64,000 bases of DNA, from positions 256,001-320,000 of the forward strand of contig CAWGMQ010000010.1 of the NCBI GenBank assembly GCA_963823665.1, given 5' to 3'. The first letter of the stretch is position 1. The number at the start of each line of letters is the position of its first letter. Shown here piece after piece: positions 51,152 through 62,157 of this stretch. Position numbers and translations under genes: made by a program. Under the pieces are notes generated by a model. It saw only the letters and a program-made list of their open reading frames with translations, searched no databases and was not told the DNA's origin. The DNA comes from an uncultured Planctomycetota bacterium. GTDB lineage: Bacteria > Planctomycetota > Planctomycetia > Isosphaerales > Isosphaeraceae.

Positions 51152-52633
51152 TCAGTTGGTTTCAGGGATCTCCTTCGCTTCCGTGACGGGACCGCCTTGA
51201 GTGAGGATCGACAGGTTTCCCAGGATCATCTGCTCCGTGCCGTCGATCGGCGTCCAGGGTTCATCGCCGCTGGACGCCGCGTCGGAGCCTGAGCCGCGGC
51301 GATTGGTGACCTCGATCCACTCGCCGTCGCTGACCCCGGTCTCTACTTCGATCCGTTTCGCATAGCCGTTCTCGCAGATCCAGCAGAACGACCTCTCCCC
51401 GACCTGCAATATGGTCTTGTCGCCGAGGTGCATGAGCGCCGAAACCGGCAGAGCCCACACGCCGGGCCGCTCGATTGTCACTTTGGCGTAAGCGTACATC
51501 CCTGGAAGGAGCTGGCTGCCTGGGTTGGTCAGGTCGATCTCGGCGCGGAGAGTGCGGCTCTCGATGTCGAGCGCCCATGCCGTTCGCGTGACGGTGCCGG
51601 GAATCGGCTGGTCGCGGAACGCCCTGATGAGCACGGTGGCCTTGGAGCCAACGTGGACGTAATTCGCGTAATGCTCCGGGATGTCGACGAAGATGCGGAC
51701 GATGTCCGTGCGGTCGACCACATAGATCGGCGCGGCGGAGCCACCGGGCGAGAGGTAGGGACCGCGGCGATTGGCCGAGGGGTCGCCCGTGCTGGGCAGG
51801 ACGAAATCGAAGGTATTGGCATTACGGGCCACGATGACGCCGTCATAGGGCGCGGGAAGTACGAGGTAATCCACCCAGGCCTGGAGCCGCTTCTCTTCGC
51901 TCTGGGCGAATTTCAGGTCGGCTTCGGCGACACCGACGTCCACGTTGGCCTCGGATAGCGCGGCCCGCTCGGAAAGCAGTTCGGCGCCGGCCTTCAGGAC
52001 CGTTGCGGCCGCCGCGTCCCGGGACGCGACGGACGCCTTCCAACGATTCGTGGTCTGGAGGACATCCTGGGGATTGACCACGCCCCGCTTGAGCTCCTTG
52101 TCCAGCCGCTTGGTCTCCGAGTCCCAGCGCTCGGCCTCGGCCCGATAGCCGGCGTGTTCCGCCCGGGCTTCCTCAAGCCGCGCCTGGGCCGCCTCGACGT
52201 CGGCCTTGGCCACTTTCACGGCCGCCTTGGCCAGCTCGATCTGCTCCAGGTCGAGCGCGACTATCGCCTTCTTCGTAGCGTGGTCCTCAACCAGCTCGGG
52301 CGCGAAGAGGTTGGCGAGCACATCGCCTTTCTTAACCTTGTCGCCGATGTCTACGATCCAATTCAGGATGTAAGCGTTCATTTTCGGATAGACCGACGAG
52401 CGCTCGTAGCTCTGCGTGAAGCTGGGCTGCCCGATGACCCGGACGATATCCCGGACCTGCGGCTGGACCAGCCGCACTGTCGGGGGTCTGCCCACACTCG
52501 TATAGTGGGACTCCGCCTTGTGGTGGCACCCCGACGGCACCAGGACGGCCAGAAGACCGAACGGGAGCTGGAACACCAGGCGGCGGCAGTGCACCAGGCT
52601 ATCCGAACGGGCGGAGAACGTGAATCGGCGCAT
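51152..52633 (-). CDS. RND efflux periplasmic adaptor (MFP) 2
   Basis: Lipobox-like SGC, VDIGDKVKKGD, coiled coil, APYDGVI, SRTLRAEIDL, LLPGMY. Confidence 0.9.
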   Translation of the reverse strand: MRRFTFSARSDSLVHCRRLVFQLPFGLLAVLVPSGCHHKAESHYTSVGRPPTVRLVQPQVRDIVRVIGQPSFTQSYERSSVYPKMNAYILNWIVDIGDKVKKGDVLANLFAPELVEDHATKKAIVALDLEQIELAKAAVKVAKADVEAAQARLEEARAEHAGYRAEAERWDSETKRLDKELKRGVVNPQDVLQTTNRWKASVASRDAAAATVLKAGAELLSERAALSEANVDVGVAEADLKFAQSEEKRLQAWVDYLVLPAPYDGVIVARNANTFDFVLPSTGDPSANRRGPYLSPGGSAAPIYVVDRTDIVRIFVDIPEHYANYVHVGSKATVLIRAFRDQPIPGTVTRTAWALDIESRTLRAEIDLTNPGSQLLPGMYAYAKVTIERPGVWALPVSALMHLGDKTILQVGERSFCWICENGYAKRIEVETGVSDGEWIEVTNRRGSGSDAASSGDEPWTPIDGTEQMILGNLSILTQGGPVTEAKEIPETN

Positions 52634-52646
52634 CACTGGCCCCCCA

Positions 52647-54197
52647 TCAAGGTAGGCGCCTCGCCAGGCGCGAAGTGTCAGGAAGTCGGGGATCGCCCGG
52701 GGACAGTCGTGTGCCTGGATCATGATCCGGCGCGGGCGCCTCGATCGCGATTTTCGTCGCCACCGTCGCGGCGGTGATCTCAACGGCGCCGCCCTCGGTG
52801 AGCGCTGACAAATCGCCGAGGATCACCTGTTCCTTGCCGTCGATCTGCGCCCAGGCAACCGAGTCGCGGGGCGCCTCCCGTGGGACCGGGGGCCGGCGAT
52901 TGCTGATCTCGACCCATTTGTCGTCGCTGACGCCCGTCTCGACTTCAGTCCGCACTGCCTTGCCGTTTTCGTAGAGCCAGCAGAAGGTCTGGTCGCCGTT
53001 ATGAACGAGTGCCGAAAGCGGCAGCGCCTGGACGTCCGGACGCTCAATGATCACCTTGACGTAGGCGTACATCCCGGGCAGGAGCTGGCCTTCAGGGTTG
53101 CTAAGGTCGACCTCGGCGCGGAGCGTTCGGCTCTTCATGTTCAGCGCCCAGGACGTGCGCGTGACGGTGGCCGGCAACTCGGTGTCGCGGAAGTCCCGGG
53201 CAAGCACGCTCGCCTTTGTCCCGATTTTTACGAAGTTGGCGTCTCGTTCCGGGATGTCGAGAAAGATCCGGACGATGTCGAGTCGCTCGACCACGTAGAT
53301 CGGCGCGGCCGTGCCGCTGGGCGAAAGGTTGGGGGAGAGGTAGTAGGCCGTGGGATCGCCTGTAGTGGGTTGGACAAAGTCGAAAGTGTTGGCGTTGCGG
53401 GCTGAGATCACGCCGGTGAAAGGGGCATTTAGCGTGAGATAGTCCACCCAGGCTTTCGCATATCTCTCTTCGCTGTCGGCCACCTTCAGAGTGGCTACCG
53501 CGACCCTGACGGCGACCTGCGTCTTTTCGAGCTTGGCCCGCGCGCTGAGCAATTCCGCCTTCGCCCTCTTGATGGTCGCTTTCGCCTTGTCCAGCGCAGA
53601 GATGCTCGATTTGAGTTGATTGGTCGACTCGAAGAGGATCAAGGGATGGATCACGTGCAGGGCGACCTGTCGAGCCAGCCGATCGACCTCCGTTTGCCAG
53701 CGGTCGACCTCGGCATTGTACTTATTGAGGATCGCCTCGGCCGCTGCAAGGCGCGCCTCGGCCGCGTCGACGTTGGCCCGGGCCACCTCGACCATCTCTT
53801 TGGCCAGCGATATCCGTTCTCGGTCGAGCACGACGGCTGCCTTCTTCGTTCCGAGCTCCTCGACTAGCTCGGGCGCGAACAGGGTGGCAACCACGTCGCT
53901 TTTCTTTACCTTGTCGCCGATGTCGACGATCCACTTCGTTATGTAGGCTGTCGGCTTGGGATAGATCGACGTGCGCTCGTAGCTCTCGATGAAGCTGGGC
54001 TGGCCCACGACCCGCACGATGTTCCGAGACTGCGGCTGGATCAGCCGCACGCTCGGCGGCTTCGTGTTGCCTTCGAATTCGATCTTGTGTTCGCTACGGC
54101 AGCCAGACGCCGCCAGGGTGACAATGAGCCAGGGCACCAGCCGACGGCGGCCGGCGGCCCGATCCGAAATCGCGGGCGAGAGAATCCGGCGCATCAA
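52647..54197 (-). CDS. RND efflux periplasmic adaptor (MFP) 1
   Basis: ASGC, VDIGDKVKK, APFTGVI, SRTLRAEVDL, LLPGMY. Confidence 0.9.
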   Translation of the reverse strand: MMRRILSPAISDRAAGRRRLVPWLIVTLAASGCRSEHKIEFEGNTKPPSVRLIQPQSRNIVRVVGQPSFIESYERTSIYPKPTAYITKWIVDIGDKVKKSDVVATLFAPELVEELGTKKAAVVLDRERISLAKEMVEVARANVDAAEARLAAAEAILNKYNAEVDRWQTEVDRLARQVALHVIHPLILFESTNQLKSSISALDKAKATIKRAKAELLSARAKLEKTQVAVRVAVATLKVADSEERYAKAWVDYLTLNAPFTGVISARNANTFDFVQPTTGDPTAYYLSPNLSPSGTAAPIYVVERLDIVRIFLDIPERDANFVKIGTKASVLARDFRDTELPATVTRTSWALNMKSRTLRAEVDLSNPEGQLLPGMYAYVKVIIERPDVQALPLSALVHNGDQTFCWLYENGKAVRTEVETGVSDDKWVEISNRRPPVPREAPRDSVAWAQIDGKEQVILGDLSALTEGGAVEITAATVATKIAIEAPAPDHDPGTRLSPGDPRLPDTSRLARRLP

Positions 54198-57100
54198 GGA
54201 CCTCCGGGTGAGAAAAGTGCGGGCCCCGGCGAATGTCCGCCATCAGGGGACCGGCGGTGTTCGTCCGTTTGCGGCTGAGACAAGGCCGAATCGGCAGCGT
54301 CTTCATCGTCAGACATGCTCTGGCCGGCGGCGGCAGGCGGGACGAAGTGCTCGCTGTCGGGATCGTCCGGATGAATCGACGACGAGACGGCCTTCTTCTT
54401 GCCGATCACGATCGCAAAGATTGACGGGACGATGAGCAAGGTGGCCACCGTCGACATCACCAGCCCGCCGATCACCGCGCGGCCGAGCGGGGCCTGCATC
54501 TGGCTCCCGCGCTCCAAGGCCAGCGCCATCGGCACCATGCCGGTGGTCATCGCGCAGGCCGTCATCAGGATCGGCCGCATACGCTCGCTGGCACCGAGCA
54601 CCGCCGCCTGCGCTGACCGGTTTCCGGCCTTCCAGTGATCGTTGGTGAAAGCAACGAGCATGACCGAGTTCGAGACCGAGACGCCCAGGCTCATGATCGA
54701 GCCCATGAACGACTCGATGTTCAGAGATGTGTTGGTCACATAGAGGATGATCGCGATGCCGGCCAAGACACCCGGCACGGCGCTGATCGATATCAGGGCC
54801 AGGCGCAGCGACTGGAAATAGGCGGTCAAGAGCACGAGGATCACGAACACAGCGACCCCCAGCCCGATCCCGAGCGACTCGAACATCTCGTCCATCGGCG
54901 GCAGCTGGCCCATGGTCTCGACCCGCACGCCGCGGGGCGGATCACCGACGGCGGCGAGCGCCTGGGCGACCTGCCGTGACGCCCGGCCCATGTCCTCGCC
55001 CTCGACATTCGCCGTCAGCGTCAGGTAGCGCTGTGACATGTCGCGGTCGATCTCGCCGGGCCGCACGCCCCTCTCGACCGTGGCCACGTCACGGATCATC
55101 AGATTGACCAGCGGGTTGATCGATTCCAGCGGCAACGTCTCGATGCCTTCTGGCTTGTCGATCCGCAACGGCGGTATCTGGAGCTGCACCAGGTAGTCGA
55201 AACCCGTCTTCTCGTCGATCCAGTAGTTGAGCGAGGCGAAGCGGGTCGACGCCGTCGCCATGACGATGGCATGGGCCACGTCGGAGACCTTGGCTCCGGA
55301 GAGCCCCGCCTTTTCGCGGTCGATGGTGACCTCGACGGTCGGGTAGTCGAGCGACTGCACGAACTCGACGTCGCGGAGGAACGGGATGCGCCTCATGTTG
55401 GTCGCGATCTTTTCTGCGTGCTGCCGCACCAGCTTCAGATCGGTGCCGACGATCCGGACCGCGATCGGCGTCAGCGAGCCGAAGCTCATGACCTTGGTGA
55501 CCATATCGCCCGGTTCGAAACCGAAGGTCGACAGCGCCGCTTGCTTTTCCGCCTCCTCCTTGGCCAGGCCACCCTGCTCCAGCCGCTTGGCCAGCCATGG
55601 AATCACCCGCTTGGGCAGGACCTTGCGCAGGCGCTCGCGGAACTCGTCGAGCTTGATCCCGCTGTCCTCCGTGAGCGCGATCCGCAACTGGCCGTCGTCG
55701 GGCCCGCGCATGAACAAGACCATGTTGTCGATGCCGAAGTTTGTAGCGACCTGGCCGACGTAGCCCATCGTGATCTTCATATGCTCGGGCGTTGCCTCGC
55801 GCTCGATCTCCTCCAAGCACTTGATCGCCATCTGGCGCGTCAACTCGAAGTTCGAGCCGGGCGGCGGCCGGAACCGCAGCACGAATTCCCCCGAATCGAT
55901 CTGCGGGAACAGCTCGGTGCCAACCTGCAACCCGACCAGCCAGAGGATCAGGCCGCACGCCCCGAGATATCCCGGCACCACAAGCCAGCGCAGGCGAACG
56001 AGCCAGGTCACAACTTTGGTATAAGCATCGAGAAACCGATCGAACAGCCCGCGCTTTTTGCCATGCCCCTTGTTCTTGACCATGTGCACGCACAGGATCG
56101 GTACCAACATGATCGTGAGCAGATACGCCGAGATCATGGCGAACCCAACCGCCAGTGTCAGTGGCATGAACAGCGACCGGAGCGGGTCTTTCATGATCAG
56201 CGCCGGTGTGAATACGGACAGGATGCATAACAGTGCCAGCAGGATCGGCACGGCCGTGGCGTTGGCCGCGCCCAGCACCGCCCTGGCAATCTTGGGCGTT
56301 TGCCCCATCTGCACATGCAAGTTCTCGATGTTTACCGTCGACATATCGACGAGGATGCCGATCGACAGCGCCATGCCGCCCAGCGACATGATGTTGATCG
56401 TGTTGCCCGTCAGCCAGAGTCCGACGAACGACCCCATGAGCGCCAGCGGGATGGTGGCCACGACGACGAGCATGCTCCTCAAGTCGCCGAGGAACAGGAA
56501 GATCATGAGTCCGGTCAAGCCCGCGCCAATCAAACCTTCTGTAGCGACGCTCTCGACGGCCGCCACCACGGCGGGCGACTCGTCGAACTCGAAGTTGATC
56601 GAGACGTCCTTGGGGACCGCGTCGCGGAACATCTTCATCGACTTGTGGACGTCGGCCACGACGGTCAACGTCGATCCAGTGTCTTTCTTGATGACCGGCA
56701 GGTAGACCGCGTTCTTGCCGTTGACGAGCGCGTATCCATACGTGATATCGACATAGTCCTGGATAGTCGCCACGTCGCGGAGGTAGACGTTCCTCTCCAT
56801 CCGGAGCGGAATATCGCCCAGCTTCTGGATGTCGCCCACCGTCGCGTTATTGGCGACCATCGGCATCGAGTCGTGGATGTAGACGTTCCCCGCGGGGATG
56901 ACGGTATTCCCAGTCGCCAGGGCATCAATGACCTGCTGCGGCGTCAGGTTGTAGTCCAGGAGCTTGTGCGGGTCGACGTTGACGACGATCGACCGCATGT
57001 TCGGGCCGAACGGCGAGATCGCCACCGTGCCGGGGACGTTCTTTTGCACCAGCGGCCGGATGACGTTATTGGCCAGGTCCCCCATCGCCCCCAGCGAGGT

Positions 57101-57541
57101 GACGTCGCTCTCGAACACCAGGTAGCCGACCGGGACGGAGCCTGAGTCCATCCGCATGATCATCGGCGGCAAGGTCCCCTTGGGCATCCACGACATCGCC
57201 CGGTCGGACATCGCCACGACCTGGGCCATCGCCTGGCCCATGTCGGTCCCGGGGAAGAACGAGAGCTCGCACAAGGCCACCTGCTGGATGTTCCGCGTAT
57301 TGATATCCTTGATGCCATCGACGTACTGGAAATACAACTCGAGCTCATTGACGATGAAGCCCTCCATCTGGTCGGGGCTCATGCCGATGTAATCGAGGAA
57401 GACGTAAATCTTCGGGACGTTCAGCGAGGGGAAGATATCCACCCGCATCCTGGTGAAGCCCAGAAGGCCACCGCTGATCAGGGCCACGACCAGCATCATG
57501 ATCGTGATCGGGCGCCGCATCGCGAATGAAGTCGGGTTCAT
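54194..57541 (-). CDS. RND efflux permease, copy B
   Basis: VDIFP, TINIMSLGG, GILVDMSTVNIEN, LFMPL, RMRPILMT, PLGRAVIGGL. Confidence 0.93.
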   Translation of the reverse strand: MNPTSFAMRRPITIMMLVVALISGGLLGFTRMRVDIFPSLNVPKIYVFLDYIGMSPDQMEGFIVNELELYFQYVDGIKDINTRNIQQVALCELSFFPGTDMGQAMAQVVAMSDRAMSWMPKGTLPPMIMRMDSGSVPVGYLVFESDVTSLGAMGDLANNVIRPLVQKNVPGTVAISPFGPNMRSIVVNVDPHKLLDYNLTPQQVIDALATGNTVIPAGNVYIHDSMPMVANNATVGDIQKLGDIPLRMERNVYLRDVATIQDYVDITYGYALVNGKNAVYLPVIKKDTGSTLTVVADVHKSMKMFRDAVPKDVSINFEFDESPAVVAAVESVATEGLIGAGLTGLMIFLFLGDLRSMLVVVATIPLALMGSFVGLWLTGNTINIMSLGGMALSIGILVDMSTVNIENLHVQMGQTPKIARAVLGAANATAVPILLALLCILSVFTPALIMKDPLRSLFMPLTLAVGFAMISAYLLTIMLVPILCVHMVKNKGHGKKRGLFDRFLDAYTKVVTWLVRLRWLVVPGYLGACGLILWLVGLQVGTELFPQIDSGEFVLRFRPPPGSNFELTRQMAIKCLEEIEREATPEHMKITMGYVGQVATNFGIDNMVLFMRGPDDGQLRIALTEDSGIKLDEFRERLRKVLPKRVIPWLAKRLEQGGLAKEEAEKQAALSTFGFEPGDMVTKVMSFGSLTPIAVRIVGTDLKLVRQHAEKIATNMRRIPFLRDVEFVQSLDYPTVEVTIDREKAGLSGAKVSDVAHAIVMATASTRFASLNYWIDEKTGFDYLVQLQIPPLRIDKPEGIETLPLESINPLVNLMIRDVATVERGVRPGEIDRDMSQRYLTLTANVEGEDMGRASRQVAQALAAVGDPPRGVRVETMGQLPPMDEMFESLGIGLGVAVFVILVLLTAYFQSLRLALISISAVPGVLAGIAIILYVTNTSLNIESFMGSIMSLGVSVSNSVMLVAFTNDHWKAGNRSAQAAVLGASERMRPILMTACAMTTGMVPMALALERGSQMQAPLGRAVIGGLVMSTVATLLIVPSIFAIVIGKKKAVSSSIHPDDPDSEHFVPPAAAGQSMSDDEDAADSALSQPQTDEHRRSPDGGHSPGPALFSPGGP

Positions 57542-60500
57542 TTCCCATCCCTCCCGTCCTGGCTGTCAAGGTCGGTGTGCGGCTGAAACGAACCTGAATC
57601 GAAAGCGTCCTCTTCGTCGGAGGTGCTCTCGGCGCCGGCGGCCGGCGGGTCGTAGTGGGTACTATCGGGATCGTCCGGATGAATCGACGGCGAGACGGCC
57701 TTCTTCTTGCCGATCACGATCGCAAAGATTGACGGGACAATTAGCAAGGTGGCCACCGTCGACATCACCAACCCGCCGATCACCGCGCGGCCGAGCGGGG
57801 CCTGCATCTGGCTCCCGCGCTCCAAGGCCAGCGCCATCGGCACCATGCCGATGGTCATAGCGCAGGCCGTCATCAAGATCGGCCGCATACGCTCGCTGGC
57901 ACCGATTACGGCCGCCTCCGCTGCCGGCTTTCCGGCCTTCCAATGTTCGTCGATAAACGTCACGAGCATCACCGAGTTCGAGACCGAGACGCCCAGGCTC
58001 ATGATCGAGCCCATGAACGACTCGATATTGAGTGAGGTATTGCTGAAGTAGAGGATGGTCGCGATGCCCGCCAAGACCCCGGGCACCGCTCCAATCGATA
58101 TCAAGGCCAGGCGCGGCGATTGGAAGTAAGCCGTCAAGAGCACGAGGATCACGAACACGGCGACTCCTAGCCCGATCCCGAGCGACTCGAACATCTCGTT
58201 CATCGGCGGGAGCTGGCCCATGGTCTCGACCCGCACGCCGCGGGGCGGATCACCGACGGCGGCGAGCGCCTGGGCGACCTGCCGCGACGCCCGGCCCATG
58301 TCCTCGCCCTCGACATTCGCGGTCAGCGTCAGGTAGCGCTGTGACATGTCGCGGTCGATCTCGCCGGGCCGCACGCCCCTCTCGACCGTGGCCACATCGC
58401 GGATCATCAGGTTGACGAGCGGGTTGATCGATTCCACCGGCAAGGTTTCGATGTCTTCCGGCTTGTCGATCCGCGATGGCGGTATCTGGAGCTGCACCAG
58501 GTAGTCGAAACCCGTCTTCTCGTCAATCCAGTAGTTGAGCGAGGCGAAGCGGGTCGACGCCGTCGCCATGACGATGGCATGGGCCACGTCCGAGACCTTG
58601 GCTCCGGAGAGCCCCGCCTTTTCGCGGTCGATGGTGACCTCGATCGTCGGGTAGTCGAGCGACTGCACGAACTCGACGTCGCGGAGGAACGGGATGTGCC
58701 TCATGTTGGTCGCGATCTTTTCTGCGTGCTGCCGCACCAGCTTCAAATCGGTGCCGACAATCCGGACCGCGATCGGCGTCAGCGAGCCGAAGCTCATGAC
58801 CTTGGTCACCATATCACCCGGCTCGAAACCGAAGGTCGACAACTTCGCTTGCTTTTCCGCCTCCTCCTCGGCCAGGCCACCCTGCTCGAGCCGCTTGGCC
58901 ATCCAGGGAATCACTCGCTTGGGCAGGACCTCGCGCAGCCGCTCGCGGAATTGGTCGAGTTTGATCCCGCTGTCCTCCGTGAGCGCGATCCGCAACTGGC
59001 CGTCGTCGGGCCCGCGCATGAAGAGCACCATGTTGTCGATGCCGAAATTCGGGGCAACCTGGCCGACGTAGCCCATCGTGATCTTGATATGCTCGGGCGT
59101 TGCCTCTCGCTCGATCTCCTCCAAGCACTTGATCGCCATCTGGCGCGTCAACTCGAAATTCGAGCCGGGCGGCGGCCGGAACCGCAGCACGAATTCCCCC
59201 GAATCGATCTGCGGGAACAGCTCGGTGCCGACCTGCAAGCCCAGCACCCAGAGCACCAGGCCGCACGCCGCAAGATAGGCTGGCACGGTCAGCCATCGCA
59301 GCCGGACGAACCAGCCTACCGCCCTTCCGTAGACCTTGAGGGCCCGGTCGAATAGCCCGGGCTTCTTCTCGCCATGGCCCCCGTGGTGCTTCAGCAGGGC
59401 CACGCTCATGATCGGCACGAACATGCTCGAGAGCAGGTACGACGAGATCATTGCAAACCCGACGCCCAAGGTCAGCGGCATGAACAGCGACCGGAGCGGG
59501 TCGGTCATGATGAAGGCCGGGATGAACACCGACAGGATGCAGAGCAGCGCCAGGAGACGCGGCACGGCCGTGGCGTTGCTCGCGCAGCATCGCCATTGCG
59601 ACGTTCGGCGCGTGCTCCATCTGGACGTGCGTGTTCTCGATCGTCACCGTCGCCTCGTCGACCAGGATGCCGATCGACAGCGCCATGCCGCCCAGTGACA
59701 TGATGTTGATCGTGTTGCCCGTCAGCCATAGCCCGACCAACGACCCCATGAGCGCCAGCGGAATGTTGGCCACCACGACGAGCACGCTCCTCAGATCGCC
59801 GAGGAACAACAGGATCATTAGCCCCGTCAATCCCGCGCCAATCATGCCCTCGGTGGCCACGCTCTCAACCGCTGCCACCACGGTTGGCGACTCGTCGAAC
59901 TCGAAGTTGATCGAGACGTTCTTGGGAACGGCGTCGCGGAACAACTGCATCGACTTATGGACGTCGGCCACCACGGTCAACGTCGATCCCGTGTCTTTCT
60001 TGATGATCGGCAGATAGACCGCGTTCTTGCCGTTCACGAGCGCGTATCCATACGTGATATCGACATAGTCCTGGATAGTCGCCACGTCGCGGAGGTAGAC
60101 GTTCCTCTCCATCCGGAGCGGAATATCGCCCAGCTTCTGGATGTCGCCCACCGTCGCGTTGTTGGCGACCATGGGCATCGAGTCGTTGATGTAGACGTTC
60201 CCCGCGGGGATGACGGTGTTCCCTGTCGCCAGGGCATCAATGACTTGCTGCGGCGTCAGGTTGTAGTCGAGGAGCTTGTGCGGGTCGACGTTGACGACGA
60301 TCGACCGCATGTTCGGTCCAAACGGCGAGATCGCCACCGTGCCGGGGACGTTCTTTTGCACCAGCGGCCGGATGACGTTATTGGCCAGGTCCCCCATCGC
60401 CCCCAGCGAGGTGACGTCGCTCTCGAACACCAGGTAGCCGACCGGGACGGAGCCTGAGTCCATCCGCATGATCATCGGCGGCAAGGTCCCCTTGGGCATC

Positions 60501-60853
60501 CACGACATCGCCCGGTCGGACATCGCCACGACCTGGGCCATTGCCTGGCCCATGTCGGTCCCGGGGAAGAACGAGAGCTCGCACAGGGCCACCTGCTGAA
60601 TGTTCCGTGTATTGATATCCTTGATGCCATCAACGTACTGGAAATACAACTCGAGCTCATTGACGATGAAGCCCTCCATCTGGTCGGGGCTCATGCCGAT
60701 GTAATCGAGGAAGACGTAAATCTTCGGGACGTTCAGCGACGGGAAGATATCCACACGCATCCGGTTGAGGCCCAGAAGGCCGCCGCTGATCAGGGCCACG
60801 ACCAGCATCAGGGTCGTGACTGGGCGCCTCATGGCGAAGCCGGTCGGATTCAC
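57538..60853 (-). CDS. RND efflux permease, copy A, frameshifted near 59585
   Basis: Paralog of copy B; GILVDEATVTIEN; split over ORFs 58814..60889 and 57538..59565. Confidence 0.9.
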
Positions 60854-60888
60854 AGTCCACACTCCCTGTCTGCTGCGCGACCGCGGCA

Positions 60889-61926
60889 TTATTCTTCAGG
60901 ACGGCTCGGTCCTTCGTCTGTCGGGTTGCCTGCTTTGCTCCCGCCCCTCGAGGAGGTGGGCGCGGCGGACCCGGCTAGAGGGGTGAGACCGGGGATCCGA
61001 TCGCCATTCGAGTGAGCTTGCGCCGCGTCGAGGCGCTCCCGCAGAGTCTTGAGCTCCTCCTTGAGGGCCTCCAGTTGATTGTCGAACTGTCGGTGTGCCG
61101 CCGGCAGCGCGGCGACTTCAGCCATCGCATGAGTCAGCTCGCTCAGCTTTATCTGCATTTTTCGCAGCGCCGGCGGCGTCGCGTCGGTGGGCAGTGTTAC
61201 ACCGTCCACTCGCTCGCGCAAGTGGTCGACCCGGCGCGACAGGTCCGTGATTAGCTGCTTGAGCATATCCGCGTCTTTGGCCGGCGAGACGCCGGGAATC
61301 GAGTTCTTGGTCGATGCCTGCGCGTTCGATCCCTTGCCCGACTCCTTACTTTCCGCACTGCCGGACTTCTTTTCAGGGCCCGAATCCTTCGTCGAGCCCG
61401 AATCGCTCTTGCCCTGCGACTCTTTCGACTTGGGTCCCGCGGACTTCGGCCCGAAAAAGTACGAGTAGCCCATCGCGCCGATCACACCGCAGGCCAAGGC
61501 GACGCCAGCCGTGATCAGAAGATTCTTCATCATCGAAGGCTGCTGTTGCCGAGATCCGTCTTCGCGAAGGTGTTCTTGATCCTGCACTCGATCTGCGTCA
61601 TGCTGGCGAGCCTGCTGACCGCCTCGATTCTTACTGTGGCCGTTCTGGTCCTGAGGGCGGTCTTGAGAATTGCCCTGTTCCTTGTGAGCGAAGACCGTCC
61701 GGACTCCCGTGGCGCCGAGCAGGTCCGACTCGCTCACCTGGGTCGTCTCGACGCTGATGGTGGCGTCCGGGTTAAGCTTCCGGTCTGACGGGTGCTCGAC
61801 CACCTTGTCAATAACCGGATCAGCGGTGTCGATGGTGATCGGCGCTGGGTCCTCGTCAGGAAGCTTGCCCGCCTGTGAGTGCTCGTCAACCCGGTGGGAT
61901 TCGTCGGTCGAATTGGATTTGTCCAT
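60889..61926 (-). CDS. Hypothetical single-TM protein with coiled coil; first gene after leader B
   Basis: GAGGGA RBS before MDKSNS; TM LLITAGVALACGVIGAMGYSYF; heptad C-terminal region. Confidence 0.7.
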   Translation of the reverse strand: MDKSNSTDESHRVDEHSQAGKLPDEDPAPITIDTADPVIDKVVEHPSDRKLNPDATISVETTQVSESDLLGATGVRTVFAHKEQGNSQDRPQDQNGHSKNRGGQQARQHDADRVQDQEHLREDGSRQQQPSMMKNLLITAGVALACGVIGAMGYSYFFGPKSAGPKSKESQGKSDSGSTKDSGPEKKSGSAESKESGKGSNAQASTKNSIPGVSPAKDADMLKQLITDLSRRVDHLRERVDGVTLPTDATPPALRKMQIKLSELTHAMAEVAALPAAHRQFDNQLEALKEELKTLRERLDAAQAHSNGDRIPGLTPLAGSAAPTSSRGGSKAGNPTDEGPSRPEE

Positions 61927-61970
61927 CGGTTCGTCCCTCGTGAGTGTCACCACCCGTCGCCGACGCAAAC

Positions 61971-62087
61971 AAAAAACCGGCGTGGCGGAACACCCTGAGG
62001 TATTCGACCACGCCGGCTTACTCGTCAACGGGCCCCCCGGCAAAGCCGGAGTGCCCTTTATCTAGTCGTCCGACGAAATCAGCTCAT
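61971..62087 (-). ncRNA. Candidate cis-regulatory leader RNA (antiterminator/terminator), copy B
   Basis: Homologous to 40445-40566; stem CCGGCGTGG../..CCACGCCGG followed by T6GT3; ends 45 nt before the start codon at 61926. Confidence 0.75.
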
Positions 62088-62157
62088 GTCTTGGTGGGAT
62101 CTGCCTGCTCGCTCGCGCAGGCTATCCATTCGGTCTCCATTGTCCTATTTGGAGCGT

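Noticed and set aside
40445..62087. The two leaders as terminal inverted repeats of a transposon
   Set aside because: No transposase or target-site duplication. The copies are diverged with structure-preserving changes, and each ends in a terminator facing an operon.
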